Shown here piece by piece: positions 52,693 through 61,981 of a stretch of 64,000 nucleotides of DNA. Below the pieces are notes generated by a model, which was not told the origin of the DNA, did no database searches, and was given only the letters and a program-made list of their open reading frames with translations. The stretch is taken from NCBI GenBank assembly GCA_963708295.1, contig CAVPSJ010000017.1, positions 64,001 to 128,000 on the forward strand, given 5' to 3'. Numbering within the stretch: the stretch's first letter is position 1; every line of letters starts with the position of its first letter. Made by a program: the position numbers and the translations under genes. The DNA is from an uncultured delta proteobacterium (GTDB lineage: Bacteria; Desulfobacterota; BSN033; UBA1163).

Positions 52693-53874
52693 GTGAAGGC
52701 TAAGAGAGACTACCGAGCTCTGGGTTGGATTCTGATTTTTTTGTCGTTTTTCGGCGTGTATGCGGGAATGGCTGACGAACTTCCACCGGTCCCGACGATG
52801 ACGGACCAGAAGCCTGAACTGATTGAGCCCTGGTTCGTCCGACCTTTGGTCAAGATCGAGTCGGGGCGAAATGACTCGAACCCTGCCTGGTCGCCCCGCG
52901 GTGTGTTCGTGGCCTTTGAGCGGAGCGTCGGCGACAAGAAGGAGATCCACATTACCCTTTCTGACGGGACGCCGATCCAAACTGTTTATTTCATGCTTTC
53001 CGACGGGAACAAGGAGACGAAGTTCTTTCTCCCCGGGGTGTCCGAGGAGACGAGCTACAACGCAGGAATCACCTGGGCGCCCGATCAATGCCGGTTCGTC
53101 TACATGAGCAACGGCGGGGAAGGCAACTACGATATTTACCTTCAGGACCTCGGGATCAAGGTCCCAGTACGGCTGACAGACCACAAGGAAAAGGACGGAC
53201 AGGCTGACTGGTCTCCGGTATCCGACCGTCTCGTCTTCGTATCCGGCCGCACCGGCAACGGCGACATCTATCTCCTGGATCTCAAGACCCGCGGTCTGAC
53301 GCGGCTGACCCAGGGAGGCGAGGCCTATCTCTACCCCCGGTGGTCTCCCGATGGCAAGCGGCTCGTGATGATGCGGGGCAGCAGTGAGAACCATAACATC
53401 CTCATGATCAATGATCCTGCAAGACCGACGGAGTCCCAACAAATACTCACGACCTGGCCTTACGACGACCTACGGCCCACCTGGTCGCCCGATGGGAAAA
53501 AGATCGCCTTCTACTCGAACTACAACCCCGAAGGCGATCCCAGGATATGGTCGATCGTTGTGATCGCGGCAGACGGGTCAGATCCCACCGAAGGAGAGGG
53601 GCTCGCTGCAAAGATCGTGGCGACGGACGTCATTCCGGACGTTGAGGTGGGGCCGTCGTGGATGCCGGACAGCAGCCGGATCGTCTTCGTGAAGAATGAC
53701 CGGCGGGAATATAACCCGATCTATGTCGCCGACCTGAAACAGAAGACGATCCTTCCACTCAAAACCGACACCAAAATGAACCATGATATTACATGTTCTT
53801 CGGACGGGACGATCGCTTTCCGCGCTCAGGTTGACCAGTGGGATCAGGTCTTCCTGATGAAACTGAAGGACTGA
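52693..53874 (+). CDS. TolB-like PD40 beta-propeller, exported
   Basis: Signal peptide; repeated P.WSPDG..I.F motifs (PAWSPRG, WAPDQ, WSPVS, PRWSPDG, PTWSPDG, PSWMPDS). Confidence 0.9.
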   Translation: MKAKRDYRALGWILIFLSFFGVYAGMADELPPVPTMTDQKPELIEPWFVRPLVKIESGRNDSNPAWSPRGVFVAFERSVGDKKEIHITLSDGTPIQTVYFMLSDGNKETKFFLPGVSEETSYNAGITWAPDQCRFVYMSNGGEGNYDIYLQDLGIKVPVRLTDHKEKDGQADWSPVSDRLVFVSGRTGNGDIYLLDLKTRGLTRLTQGGEAYLYPRWSPDGKRLVMMRGSSENHNILMINDPARPTESQQILTTWPYDDLRPTWSPDGKKIAFYSNYNPEGDPRIWSIVVIAADGSDPTEGEGLAAKIVATDVIPDVEVGPSWMPDSSRIVFVKNDRREYNPIYVADLKQKTILPLKTDTKMNHDITCSSDGTIAFRAQVDQWDQVFLMKLKD

Positions 53875-53888
53875 TAGGAATTCTGGGT

Positions 53889-55382
53889 ATGAGACGTCTT
53901 GGGTTCCTCCTTTCATCGGTCATTCTGATGGCTGCGGCTCACGCCTTTGCCGCCGACGACGTGGTGACCCGTGCGATGAAGCTATACGAAAAGCGGCATT
54001 ATCAATGAGGCGGCAAGGAGCCTCCGCTGCGGAGGGCGCTTCCATCGAGCAAGGCAAGAAGGGAAGCGCAAACCTTGTCCTCGGCATGATCTATTTTAAG
54101 AACGCTGTGCTCCATCGCGAGCTTTATCAGGCGGCAGTGGCGGCGTCGCAGGACTACCTGAAGAAGCTGTCGGCCGCCCAGGGCAAAGACCGGAGCCGTT
54201 TTGTAGACCTCTACTTCGGCGAGGCGCTGGTCGAGTCGGGCAAGCCGGGTGTTGCAGCAAATCATCTGAAAAGATTTTCACAGGGCAATGGGGTTGAGTC
54301 GCGGTACCGGGCGATCGCTCAAGTCTGCCTTGGGCTCGGCTACTACCGGAACAATGAAGCCTCAAAGGGAACCGAGCTCTGGGGAGGGATTGATGCCTCT
54401 GACCTGGAAGTGAAGGCCGAACTCGCCTCTGCCTACAGCAAGGCTGGCCTTAAGGAAAAAGACCCATCCGTGATGGCAGAGGGTATCCTCTCAGAGATAA
54501 AGAGGTCCTCCAAACCCGTTTCGATGCGGATGATGAAGAACCTGATCGCCATCTACGCCCGGGGATCGGGATCCGTTGAAAAAGGCCTGGATCTGCTCGA
54601 GCATTCAGATTTAAGAGCCTTTTCGTACCGGGAGGTCCTGGGAAAATCCAAGGTGATCCATTTCTATGACCTTTCCCTACTCAACGATATGGCCACCCTT
54701 TATGGCCGGGCGAGTGTGGGCTGCCTGGAGAAGGCTGCTGCCGACCCGAAGGTGAGGGATGCGGCAGAGTTCCATCTCGGTCAGGCCTACGCGTTTTTCG
54801 GTTCGGTCGAGCAATCTTCAAAAGTCATCGCATCATTCGTGGCCACATCGCAGATGCCCGAGCAGTACAAGGACCGGTTCCGGGTGTGGCAGGGTGCCAA
54901 CCTTTACGCAAGAAACCGGCAGAGCGATGCCATAGGCGTGTGGGATGAGCTGTTGCGAAAGCAACCCGAGGACCGGGACCTGATCGCGGAGGTCCTTTTT
55001 GCATGCGGCCGGATGAAGGCCGAATGCCCGAAAGTGCTCCACAAGGCCACTGAGCTGGTCGAGGCGGGAGAAAGCAAGAAGCTGTCTTTACTGAACATCG
55101 CTATCGGCAAGTACCTTCTCTCCAAACTGGGATGATGCCCGGGCGGTCTCGTACCTGGAGGCCGGCCGCGACAAAAGCAATAAGAATAAGATTGAGTCGA
55201 ACGACCCGGCGATGCTCGTGAGTCTTGCCGATGCGTACTACCGGACCAAGAAATTTTCCGAGGCCCTCGAGATCTATTTCGAAATGAGCAAGCACTTTCC
55301 CGAAGTGCGCCAGATCCAGGAGGCGATGCAGGGCGTTTACGCCATCGAGCACAAGAGCGCAGGAGACGTCAAGATCAACTGA
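53889..55382 (+). CDS. Exported TPR/alpha-helical repeat protein (indels at about 54005, 54028 and 55128)
   Basis: Manual: MRRLGFLLSSVILMAAAHAFA signal from ATG 53889 joins the 54005-55135 ORF and continues …LADAYYRTKKFSEALEIY…SAGDVKIN* at 55382. Confidence 0.75.
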
Positions 55383-55395
55383 TGACAGATCATGG

Positions 55396-55482
55396 GGAAT
55401 TCGGGCTGCGGAAAGAACCCAAGCGGACTCCTGATTGTTACCCGTTCCGCATTCGGCATTCCGGATTCCGAATTCCGAATTT
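55396..55482. repeat. 7-nt-period (TTCCGNA) inverted array
   Basis: gaattcgggctgcggaa / ttccgcattcggcattccggattccgaattccgaatt. Confidence 0.65.
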
Positions 55483-55498
55483 TGATGAGGAGGTCATT

Positions 55499-57115
55499 AT
55501 GAAACGCATACTGGTCATTCTGCTTCTTTTCGTGGCCGCCGCTTTGACGGCGTTCACTGCTGCCGAGGCAGGCCGGAAAAAGGACAACAGGCCGGACGGA
55601 GGCAGCCTGAATTATGGGGAATACGGCAGGCCGGCGACCCTCGACCCCATCACGAGCAACGAGATGATCTCGCTGCGCCTTACGGAACTCATCTTCAACG
55701 GCCTGGTCGGGATCAACGAGAAACAGGAGATCGTCCCGGAGCTTGCAGAAAGATGGGACCGTTCTGCCGACAGCCGAACCTACACCTTTTTTCTCCGGAA
55801 GGACGTGATGTGGCATCCGAAAGAAGGTGAAGAGCCCAAGCCGTTTACGGCGGAGGACGTCATTTTCACCTACAAGATCATGATGCATCCGAGGACCATT
55901 ACCCCCCTCAAGGTGAGGTATGAGTTCATCAACGCGGTTGAAAAACTTGATGATTATACCGTCAAGTTTACGCTGAAACGGCCGATCCTGAACGCCCTAG
56001 CCAAGTTCAGCTTCAAGGTGATTCCGAAACACGGGCCGAGCAACCCCCTCTACCTCACCCGGGAAGATCCGTTCGTACGGAACCCCATCGGGACCGGCCC
56101 CTATCTTTTGAAGAACATCACGGCCGAGCGTGAAATCGTCCTCGCTGCGAATGAAAACTACTTCAAGGGAAGACCGCATGTCGACAGGTTCATCGCCAAG
56201 CCCTTCGCGGACCAGAACATCATGACCCAGGCGCTGATGTTCAATGCGATCGACATGATCGTCCTCGTTAATCCCCGGGACATCCCCGAGATTCAGGGAG
56301 ACAAACGGTTCATCCTTCAGCCATACAACGCGCTTTCGTACTCGTTCTTCGGGTATAACATCCGAAGTCCCCTTCTCGCGGATAAGCGTGTGCGCAAAGC
56401 CTTTACCCACGCCGTGAACCGGCAGGAGATGCTCGACTCGTTCTTCAACGGCCAGGGAACCATCATCTCCGGACCTTTTGCACCCGGGAGCTGGGCTTAT
56501 AACCTCGATGTGCAGCCTGTGCCGTTTGATCCCGAAAAGGCAAAGACCCTTCTACAGGAAGCCGGCTTCACCCGCGGTGCTGACGGATTCATGCAGAAGG
56601 ACGGCAAACGGTTGGCACTGACGCTGAAAGTCCCGATCGAGAAAGAGAGCGAGGCCGTGAAGCGTGTGGTGCTTGCATTCAAGAACTACCTTAAGAACGT
56701 CGGTGCGGACATCAAGGTGGAGTTCAAGGAGTGGCAGGCCTGGAAGGAAGACGTCTTCTTCGAGCACGATTTCGACATCATCTTCGCCATATGGGTCTTT
56801 GACGACTCGGCGGACATCTCGTCGCTCTTCCATTCCGGCGAGATCGGTGCCTGGAAGAACAATTTCGGCGGATACTCCAACCCGGAAGTGGACGGCTTGA
56901 TCAACGAGAGCAAGCTGACGCTCGACCACGAGAAGCGGCGCACAATCAACCGGAAGCTCCATGCAATCCTGGCTGAGGAAAACCCTTACACCTTCCTCTG
57001 GACGCTCACCAACTACGGGGCATACCACAAGAAGGTAAGGCGCGTGGCCATCCATCCGTACAAGTTCTTCTCGTACGCGGATGATTGGTTCATCGAGGAG
57101 AAGGATCAAAAATAA
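55499..57115 (+). CDS. Peptide/nickel-type ABC transporter substrate-binding protein (OppA/AppA-like, SBP family 5)
   Basis: Signal peptide; TLDP, IFNGLV..PELAE.W, FTAEDVIFT, PIGTGPY, DKRVRKA, NFGGYSNPEVD. Confidence 0.93.
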   Translation: MKRILVILLLFVAAALTAFTAAEAGRKKDNRPDGGSLNYGEYGRPATLDPITSNEMISLRLTELIFNGLVGINEKQEIVPELAERWDRSADSRTYTFFLRKDVMWHPKEGEEPKPFTAEDVIFTYKIMMHPRTITPLKVRYEFINAVEKLDDYTVKFTLKRPILNALAKFSFKVIPKHGPSNPLYLTREDPFVRNPIGTGPYLLKNITAEREIVLAANENYFKGRPHVDRFIAKPFADQNIMTQALMFNAIDMIVLVNPRDIPEIQGDKRFILQPYNALSYSFFGYNIRSPLLADKRVRKAFTHAVNRQEMLDSFFNGQGTIISGPFAPGSWAYNLDVQPVPFDPEKAKTLLQEAGFTRGADGFMQKDGKRLALTLKVPIEKESEAVKRVVLAFKNYLKNVGADIKVEFKEWQAWKEDVFFEHDFDIIFAIWVFDDSADISSLFHSGEIGAWKNNFGGYSNPEVDGLINESKLTLDHEKRRTINRKLHAILAEENPYTFLWTLTNYGAYHKKVRRVAIHPYKFFSYADDWFIEEKDQK

Positions 57116-57164
57116 GTTCAAAGTTTAAGGCTTAAAGTCCAAAGTTCAAAATGATTGTCTAACC

Positions 57165-58130
57165 ATGAAGCTTTCGGCGGTTCGGCCCATTGCCATGGTG
57201 CTGTCCAGGGAGTTGATGATCACGGCGCTTCTGCTTCTGGGCGTGAGCTTCGTGGTCTTCATCATCCTCTTTGTGTCGCCCGGAGACCCTTTCAGCGTTC
57301 TCCTCGAAGGGCAACTTTCGACAGCAGAAGTCAGGGAAGGGGTGCGCGAAGCCATGGGCGTCTCCCGATCGTGGTACATGCAGTACCTGTCCTGGCTCGC
57401 GGGTATGCTGGCAGGCAACTTCGGCACTTCGATTCGGATGGGTTTGCCGGTCCTCCCTGAAGTGCTGCGCGTTGGGTTCAACACCCTCCTCCTGACCCTC
57501 GGGTCGCTCATCATTACCCTATTGATCGCCGTGCCCATCGCCCTCTATTCCGCCGTCCGGGGAACCGACAAGATCTCGTGGCCCCTAACGATGTTCTCCT
57601 ACGTCATCTCTGCCCTGCCGGTGTTTTGGCTGGGGTACATTGTTATCTATTTCTTTACGCACAAACTCGGTCTTTTTCCGCTTGCTTTCGGTTTCTCGAG
57701 TGGGGGGCAGAAATATCGCTGGCTCTATCAGCTCCTCCCGATTTTCGTGCTGGGGGTGGGGAACGGTACGATCAGCGAGGTCATCCGATTTCTTCGGCAG
57801 GAGATGGGCAGGGTGATAGCCGAAGACTACATTCGCACGGCTCGGGCCAAAGGCGCCTCGGTCTGGAGACATTCATTCAAGGAAGGCTTGCTCATACCCG
57901 TGACGGAGATCGTTGCCTCCAAGATTCCCTTCATCCTCGGCGGCGCCGTCATCGTCGAGCAGGTGTTCAACTGGCCCGGCATGGGCAGGATGGCGTGGCA
58001 GGCGGCACAGGATCGGGATTACCCGGTGATCATGGGCATTGCTATCCTTGCCGCGATCCTTGTCCGCATGGGCAGCCTGTTCCAGAGCGTGGTGTACGTC
58101 ATCGTGAACCCGAGGGCCTCCAAGGAATAG
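57165..58130 (+). CDS. Opp/Dpp ABC permease, B-type
   Basis: PGDP, QYLSWL..GNFG.S, LPVFWLG, DYIRTARAKG, VEQVFNWPGMG, RDYPVI. Confidence 0.93.
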   Translation: MKLSAVRPIAMVLSRELMITALLLLGVSFVVFIILFVSPGDPFSVLLEGQLSTAEVREGVREAMGVSRSWYMQYLSWLAGMLAGNFGTSIRMGLPVLPEVLRVGFNTLLLTLGSLIITLLIAVPIALYSAVRGTDKISWPLTMFSYVISALPVFWLGYIVIYFFTHKLGLFPLAFGFSSGGQKYRWLYQLLPIFVLGVGNGTISEVIRFLRQEMGRVIAEDYIRTARAKGASVWRHSFKEGLLIPVTEIVASKIPFILGGAVIVEQVFNWPGMGRMAWQAAQDRDYPVIMGIAILAAILVRMGSLFQSVVYVIVNPRASKE

Positions 58131-58157
58131 CGTCATTGTGGGATGCGGAACCTGAAA

Positions 58158-58328
58158 AAATTTCAAATAACAAAAAGATTTGCTGACGGATTTATCATCC
58201 GCGAAGTTTGAAAATTATCCAGGATGATCCTTTCCCTTGACGAGGAGGATCGAGGCGGGGATGGCCAAAAACAAGCTGCAAACAAACGCGAAATTGAAAT
58301 TGTGAATTTGGATATTATTTGGAATTTG
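58158..58328. repeat. 7-nt-period inverted array with a nested hairpin inside the ABC operon
   Basis: aaatttcaaataacaaa / aaattgaaattgtgaatttggatattatttggaatttg enclosing atcctttcccttgacgaggaggat. Confidence 0.55.
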
Positions 58329-58330
58329 CT

Positions 58331-59224
58331 ATGAAGCACTATTCCCAAATACCCGGTGAGATCAGCGACCTCTCGGACCAGCCGTTCTGGAAAAAAGCGG
58401 ATGCGGTCGATCTGGCTTATGTCGGCTACGGGCTGCTCATCGTCACCCTCGTCGTGGTATCTTACCTTCTCGGCTCGTTCAACCTCCTGCCCCGGGATCC
58501 GCAGGAGATCGACCTTGGGCTCTTGATGGCGCGACCAGGGACGGAAGGCCACCTCCTTGGCACGGACTTCATGGGTCGGGATATGCTCTCGCGACTCATT
58601 GTAGGCATCCAGGCCTACTTCCTGCCCGGCCTGCTGGCGATCTTTATTGCGCTCTTTTTCGGTACGGTGCTCGGTGTGGCTGCCGGCTACCGGGGTGGCA
58701 AGTTCGACACGGGCATTACCTATTTCACCAACCTCGTCGATTCCTTCCCACGTCTCGTGCTCATCCTGCTTGTGATCGCTGCCTTCAAACCCGATATCTA
58801 CTACATCATGGGGGTCGTCGGCTTCACGAGTGTTCCGGTCGTGACGTCGCTCATCAAGGGCAAGATCCAGTTTCTGAAAGAGAAGAATTTCATCGAGGCC
58901 GACGTCGCCCTGGGTCTGCCAACGAGCACCATTATCCTGAAGCATGTCCTCTGGCACAATTGCCGGTCGCTCCTCATCATCCAGGCGACGCTCGGCATGG
59001 CCGAAGCCATCCTGATGGAGACGTCGCTCAGTTACCTCGGCTTCGGCGTGCAGGAGCCCACGCCCTCTTGGGGCAATATGGTGCAGTCGGGCGCCAACTA
59101 TTTCATGCAAGGGAAGTTTTGGCCATCCACGGCTCCGTCGCTCGCCATCCTGCTCACGATCCTTGGGTTCCACATGCTCGGCGATGGGCTGAATAACATC
59201 CTGGAAGGCAAGAGGCACGCATGA
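58331..59224 (+). CDS. Opp/Dpp ABC permease, C-type
   Basis: HLLGTDFMGRDMLSRL, FIEAD.ALG, E.SLSYLGFG..PTPSWG.M, LGDGL. Confidence 0.93.
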   Translation: MKHYSQIPGEISDLSDQPFWKKADAVDLAYVGYGLLIVTLVVVSYLLGSFNLLPRDPQEIDLGLLMARPGTEGHLLGTDFMGRDMLSRLIVGIQAYFLPGLLAIFIALFFGTVLGVAAGYRGGKFDTGITYFTNLVDSFPRLVLILLVIAAFKPDIYYIMGVVGFTSVPVVTSLIKGKIQFLKEKNFIEADVALGLPTSTIILKHVLWHNCRSLLIIQATLGMAEAILMETSLSYLGFGVQEPTPSWGNMVQSGANYFMQGKFWPSTAPSLAILLTILGFHMLGDGLNNILEGKRHA

Positions 59225-60321
59225 CAACGGCGCCGATCCTGAAGATAGAAGACCTTCGCACCTACTTCTATTCCCGCAGCAGGCAGGCCTTCATTCGCTC
59301 CGTGGACGGGGTCAGCCTGGAGATTGCGAAAGGGGAGACCCTCGGCCTTGTCGGCGAAAGCGGCAGCGGTAAAAGTATCACTGCCCTGTCGGTCATGGGG
59401 CTGATCAGCGCCGGGCCTGGCGTGATCAGCGGAAAAATCGGGTTCAGGTCGGACCGGAGCCAAAAGGATTTGCTTCGGGATCTGAAAGACTTCGTTAAGC
59501 TTACGATGAGAGACGGTAGGATCATGGATGTGAGCAAGGACGTTCTGGGATGGGAACGAAACACGGAGCGCACCATGAAGAAGTTGCGCGGCAAGGAGAT
59601 TGCGATGATCTTCCAGAACCCCAAATCCTGCCTCAATCCCTTCACGCCCGTGGGAAAACAGATTACCGAGGCGATCCGGCTCCATACCTCCGCAAAAGCC
59701 GAGCCGGCGGCCAGGGAGCGTGCGCTCACCTGGCTTGACCGCGTGAAGATGGATTCCCCCCGCCTCCGGTTCGACAATTATCCTTACGGTCTCTCGGGCG
59801 GCATGTGCCAGCGGGCCATGATCGCCATGGCCCTGGCATGCGAGCCGTCACTCCTGATTGCAGACGAGCCGACGACGGGCCTCGACGCCACGATCCAGTC
59901 AAAGATCGTGGACCTCCTTGCCGAGCTCAAGTCAGAACTTGGCGTCACCACCCTGCTGATCAGCCATGACATCAGCATGATCTCCCGTCTCTCCGACAGG
60001 GTTGCCGTCATGTATGGCGGCACCGTTTGCGATTACGGACCGGCAAGGTCGATCCTGTCGACAGGGTTAGAATCGAAGCATCCGTATACATCGGCGCTCC
60101 TCGCGTCCATTCCGAGCGCCAAGAACATCAAAGAAAAGGGATATCTCCAGGCCATTGAGGGAGATGTGCTCGACACCATCAATATCCCTGAGGGATGCCG
60201 GTTCTACAGCCGATGCAACCGGGTGACGGAGAAGATTCGTGAGAAATGCGCAAGTCATGAACCTGACCTTCGAGAGATAGAGTCGGGACACAAGGTAAGG
60301 TGCTGGTTGTATTTTGATTAA
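59221..60321 (+). CDS. Opp/Dpp ABC ATPase, D-type
   Basis: GESGSGKS, IFQNP, LSGGMCQR, IADEPTT, HPYT..LL, GCRF..RC…VRCW. Confidence 0.95.
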   Translation: MTTAPILKIEDLRTYFYSRSRQAFIRSVDGVSLEIAKGETLGLVGESGSGKSITALSVMGLISAGPGVISGKIGFRSDRSQKDLLRDLKDFVKLTMRDGRIMDVSKDVLGWERNTERTMKKLRGKEIAMIFQNPKSCLNPFTPVGKQITEAIRLHTSAKAEPAARERALTWLDRVKMDSPRLRFDNYPYGLSGGMCQRAMIAMALACEPSLLIADEPTTGLDATIQSKIVDLLAELKSELGVTTLLISHDISMISRLSDRVAVMYGGTVCDYGPARSILSTGLESKHPYTSALLASIPSAKNIKEKGYLQAIEGDVLDTINIPEGCRFYSRCNRVTEKIREKCASHEPDLREIESGHKVRCWLYFD

Positions 60322-60543
60322 ACCTTCGGCTAGATTGACGAGCCTTACCGGGAACACTCCCGGAGTCTTGTCATGCGGGTTTCATTGGGATGGAATGGGT
60401 TATTGACGATTTTATGTATAGGGAATTTCAGCTAAGTTGGGGATCGCAGTGCTTCACGCTTAAAAGGTTCCGCAATAAAGCTCTTTCAGTGTCCCCGGCA
60501 AGTCTCGCCAGGGGTTTATTGCAACATTAGGATGAGAGTTCTT

Positions 60544-61554
60544 ATGCCGAAGACGATTCTCGAGGTCACTGACCTCAAGAAACATTTTACCTATGGGAAA
60601 GGCCTCTTTTCCTCCCTCAAGGACCAGCAGCCGTTCATCCCTGCGGTGGACGGGGTAAGCTTTTACCTCAAGGAGAATGAGACGATGGGACTGGTCGGCG
60701 AATCCGGCTGCGGCAAGACAACCATCGGCCGGACTGTTTTGAGGCTTGAAAAACCGACCTCCGGTCAAATCATCTTCGACGGAAAGGACATCACGCGCGT
60801 TCCGACCCATGAACTCCGGCAGCTTCGGAGCCAGATGCAGATGATTTTCCAGGACCTGGATGCAGCCCTCAATCCCAAGATGCGCATCCGCGATATTCTC
60901 TCCGAAGCGATCACCGTCCATCACCCGATCAGCGATGCCGAGGTGGAGAAGCGCATCAACGAGCTGCTCGAGCAGGTGAACCTTAAAAAGAGCAAGCTTT
61001 CCAACTTTCCCCACGAGCTCTCGGGCGGCGAAAAGCGGAGGGTCGGCGTGGCGCGTGTGCTTTCCGTTGGAGCCAAGTTTATTGTCGCCGACGAGCCCAC
61101 GAGTGCCCTCGACGTCTCCATCCAGGCGCAGGTTGTAAACCTGCTCCTAGACCTTCAACGGAGACTCGGACTCTCCTACCTCTTCATCTCTCACGACCTT
61201 CGGGTGGTAGAACTCGTCAGCCATAAGGTCGCGGTGATGTACCTGGGCAAGATCGTGGAGATCGGTCTTTCCGACCGCATTGCGAACAGAGCCAGTCACC
61301 CCTACACCCATATCCTCTGGTCTTCTCTGGCCGAAAAACAGAGCAGGGAGGCTGCCCGGACGGCGAGGAGCGTCCAGGCAGGTCAATGGGGTGTGTTTGA
61401 TTTCGAGCGGCCCGTTGCCGGCTGCCGTTTTGCCCCGCGCTGTCCGGTCTATGAGTCCACGGGGAAGCCGGAGGTTTGTATTGCCCCTTTCAGCGAACCG
61501 CAGTTGAAGGAGATCGGCGAAGCCCATCAGGTCGCCTGCCACTTCCCGCTGTAG
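60544..61554 (+). CDS. Opp/Dpp ABC ATPase, F-type
   Basis: GESGCGKT, QMIFQD, PHELSGG, DEPTSALDVSIQAQ, GCRFAPRC…VACH. Confidence 0.95.
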   Translation: MPKTILEVTDLKKHFTYGKGLFSSLKDQQPFIPAVDGVSFYLKENETMGLVGESGCGKTTIGRTVLRLEKPTSGQIIFDGKDITRVPTHELRQLRSQMQMIFQDLDAALNPKMRIRDILSEAITVHHPISDAEVEKRINELLEQVNLKKSKLSNFPHELSGGEKRRVGVARVLSVGAKFIVADEPTSALDVSIQAQVVNLLLDLQRRLGLSYLFISHDLRVVELVSHKVAVMYLGKIVEIGLSDRIANRASHPYTHILWSSLAEKQSREAARTARSVQAGQWGVFDFERPVAGCRFAPRCPVYESTGKPEVCIAPFSEPQLKEIGEAHQVACHFPL

Positions 61555-61618
61555 CAAGAGAGCAAATTCATACCTCAAAATTGACGGGAGCTTTAAGCGC
61601 GTTGACCGGAGAGGGGGG

Positions 61619-61840
61619 CTAAACAGAAGTAATCTTAACCTTTCTTCTTCGATAACCTACCGGGATGAAGTCGTCCTTCTCTTTTTCTTCAATCTTTTTC
61701 AACCAAAGATCCATAAGGATCTTTCTTTTCTCCTCGTCCCTTTTTGACCGCTTCCGATATCTCCCCATTCCTAGCTGTTCTCTCAACAGAAGAAATTCTA
61801 CTGGGGACTCTTCTTCATACTTTTTTATTCTATGCTTCAT
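61619..61840 (-). CDS. Small charged hypothetical protein
   Basis: 73 aa ORF with AGGTGG RBS; no recognisable motif. Confidence 0.45.
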   Translation of the reverse strand: MKHRIKKYEEESPVEFLLLREQLGMGRYRKRSKRDEEKRKILMDLWLKKIEEKEKDDFIPVGYRRRKVKITSV

Positions 61841-61981
61841 AAGCCCACCTTTTTCTTCAATTCGATGTATTTTAGCAATCCAATCAATTTCTTACAAGGA
61901 AAAGGACAAAAATTGCTTTGAAATTTCGAACTTTATATAAGATAATTCATTGAAAATCAGATTACCCCAGATACCCCAGAG

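Noticed and set aside
52693-53874. Calling the propeller protein tolB of a Tol-Pal system
   Set aside because: It lacks an evident TolB N-terminal domain, and no tolQRA or pal genes are adjacent
54006-54008. In-frame TGA in the TPR gene as selenocysteine
   Set aside because: The continuation is in a different frame, there is no redox-motif context, and adjacent indels explain it
4015-58328. CRISPR array interpretation of the short repeats
   Set aside because: No identical 23-47 bp repeats with regular unique spacers, and no cas genes
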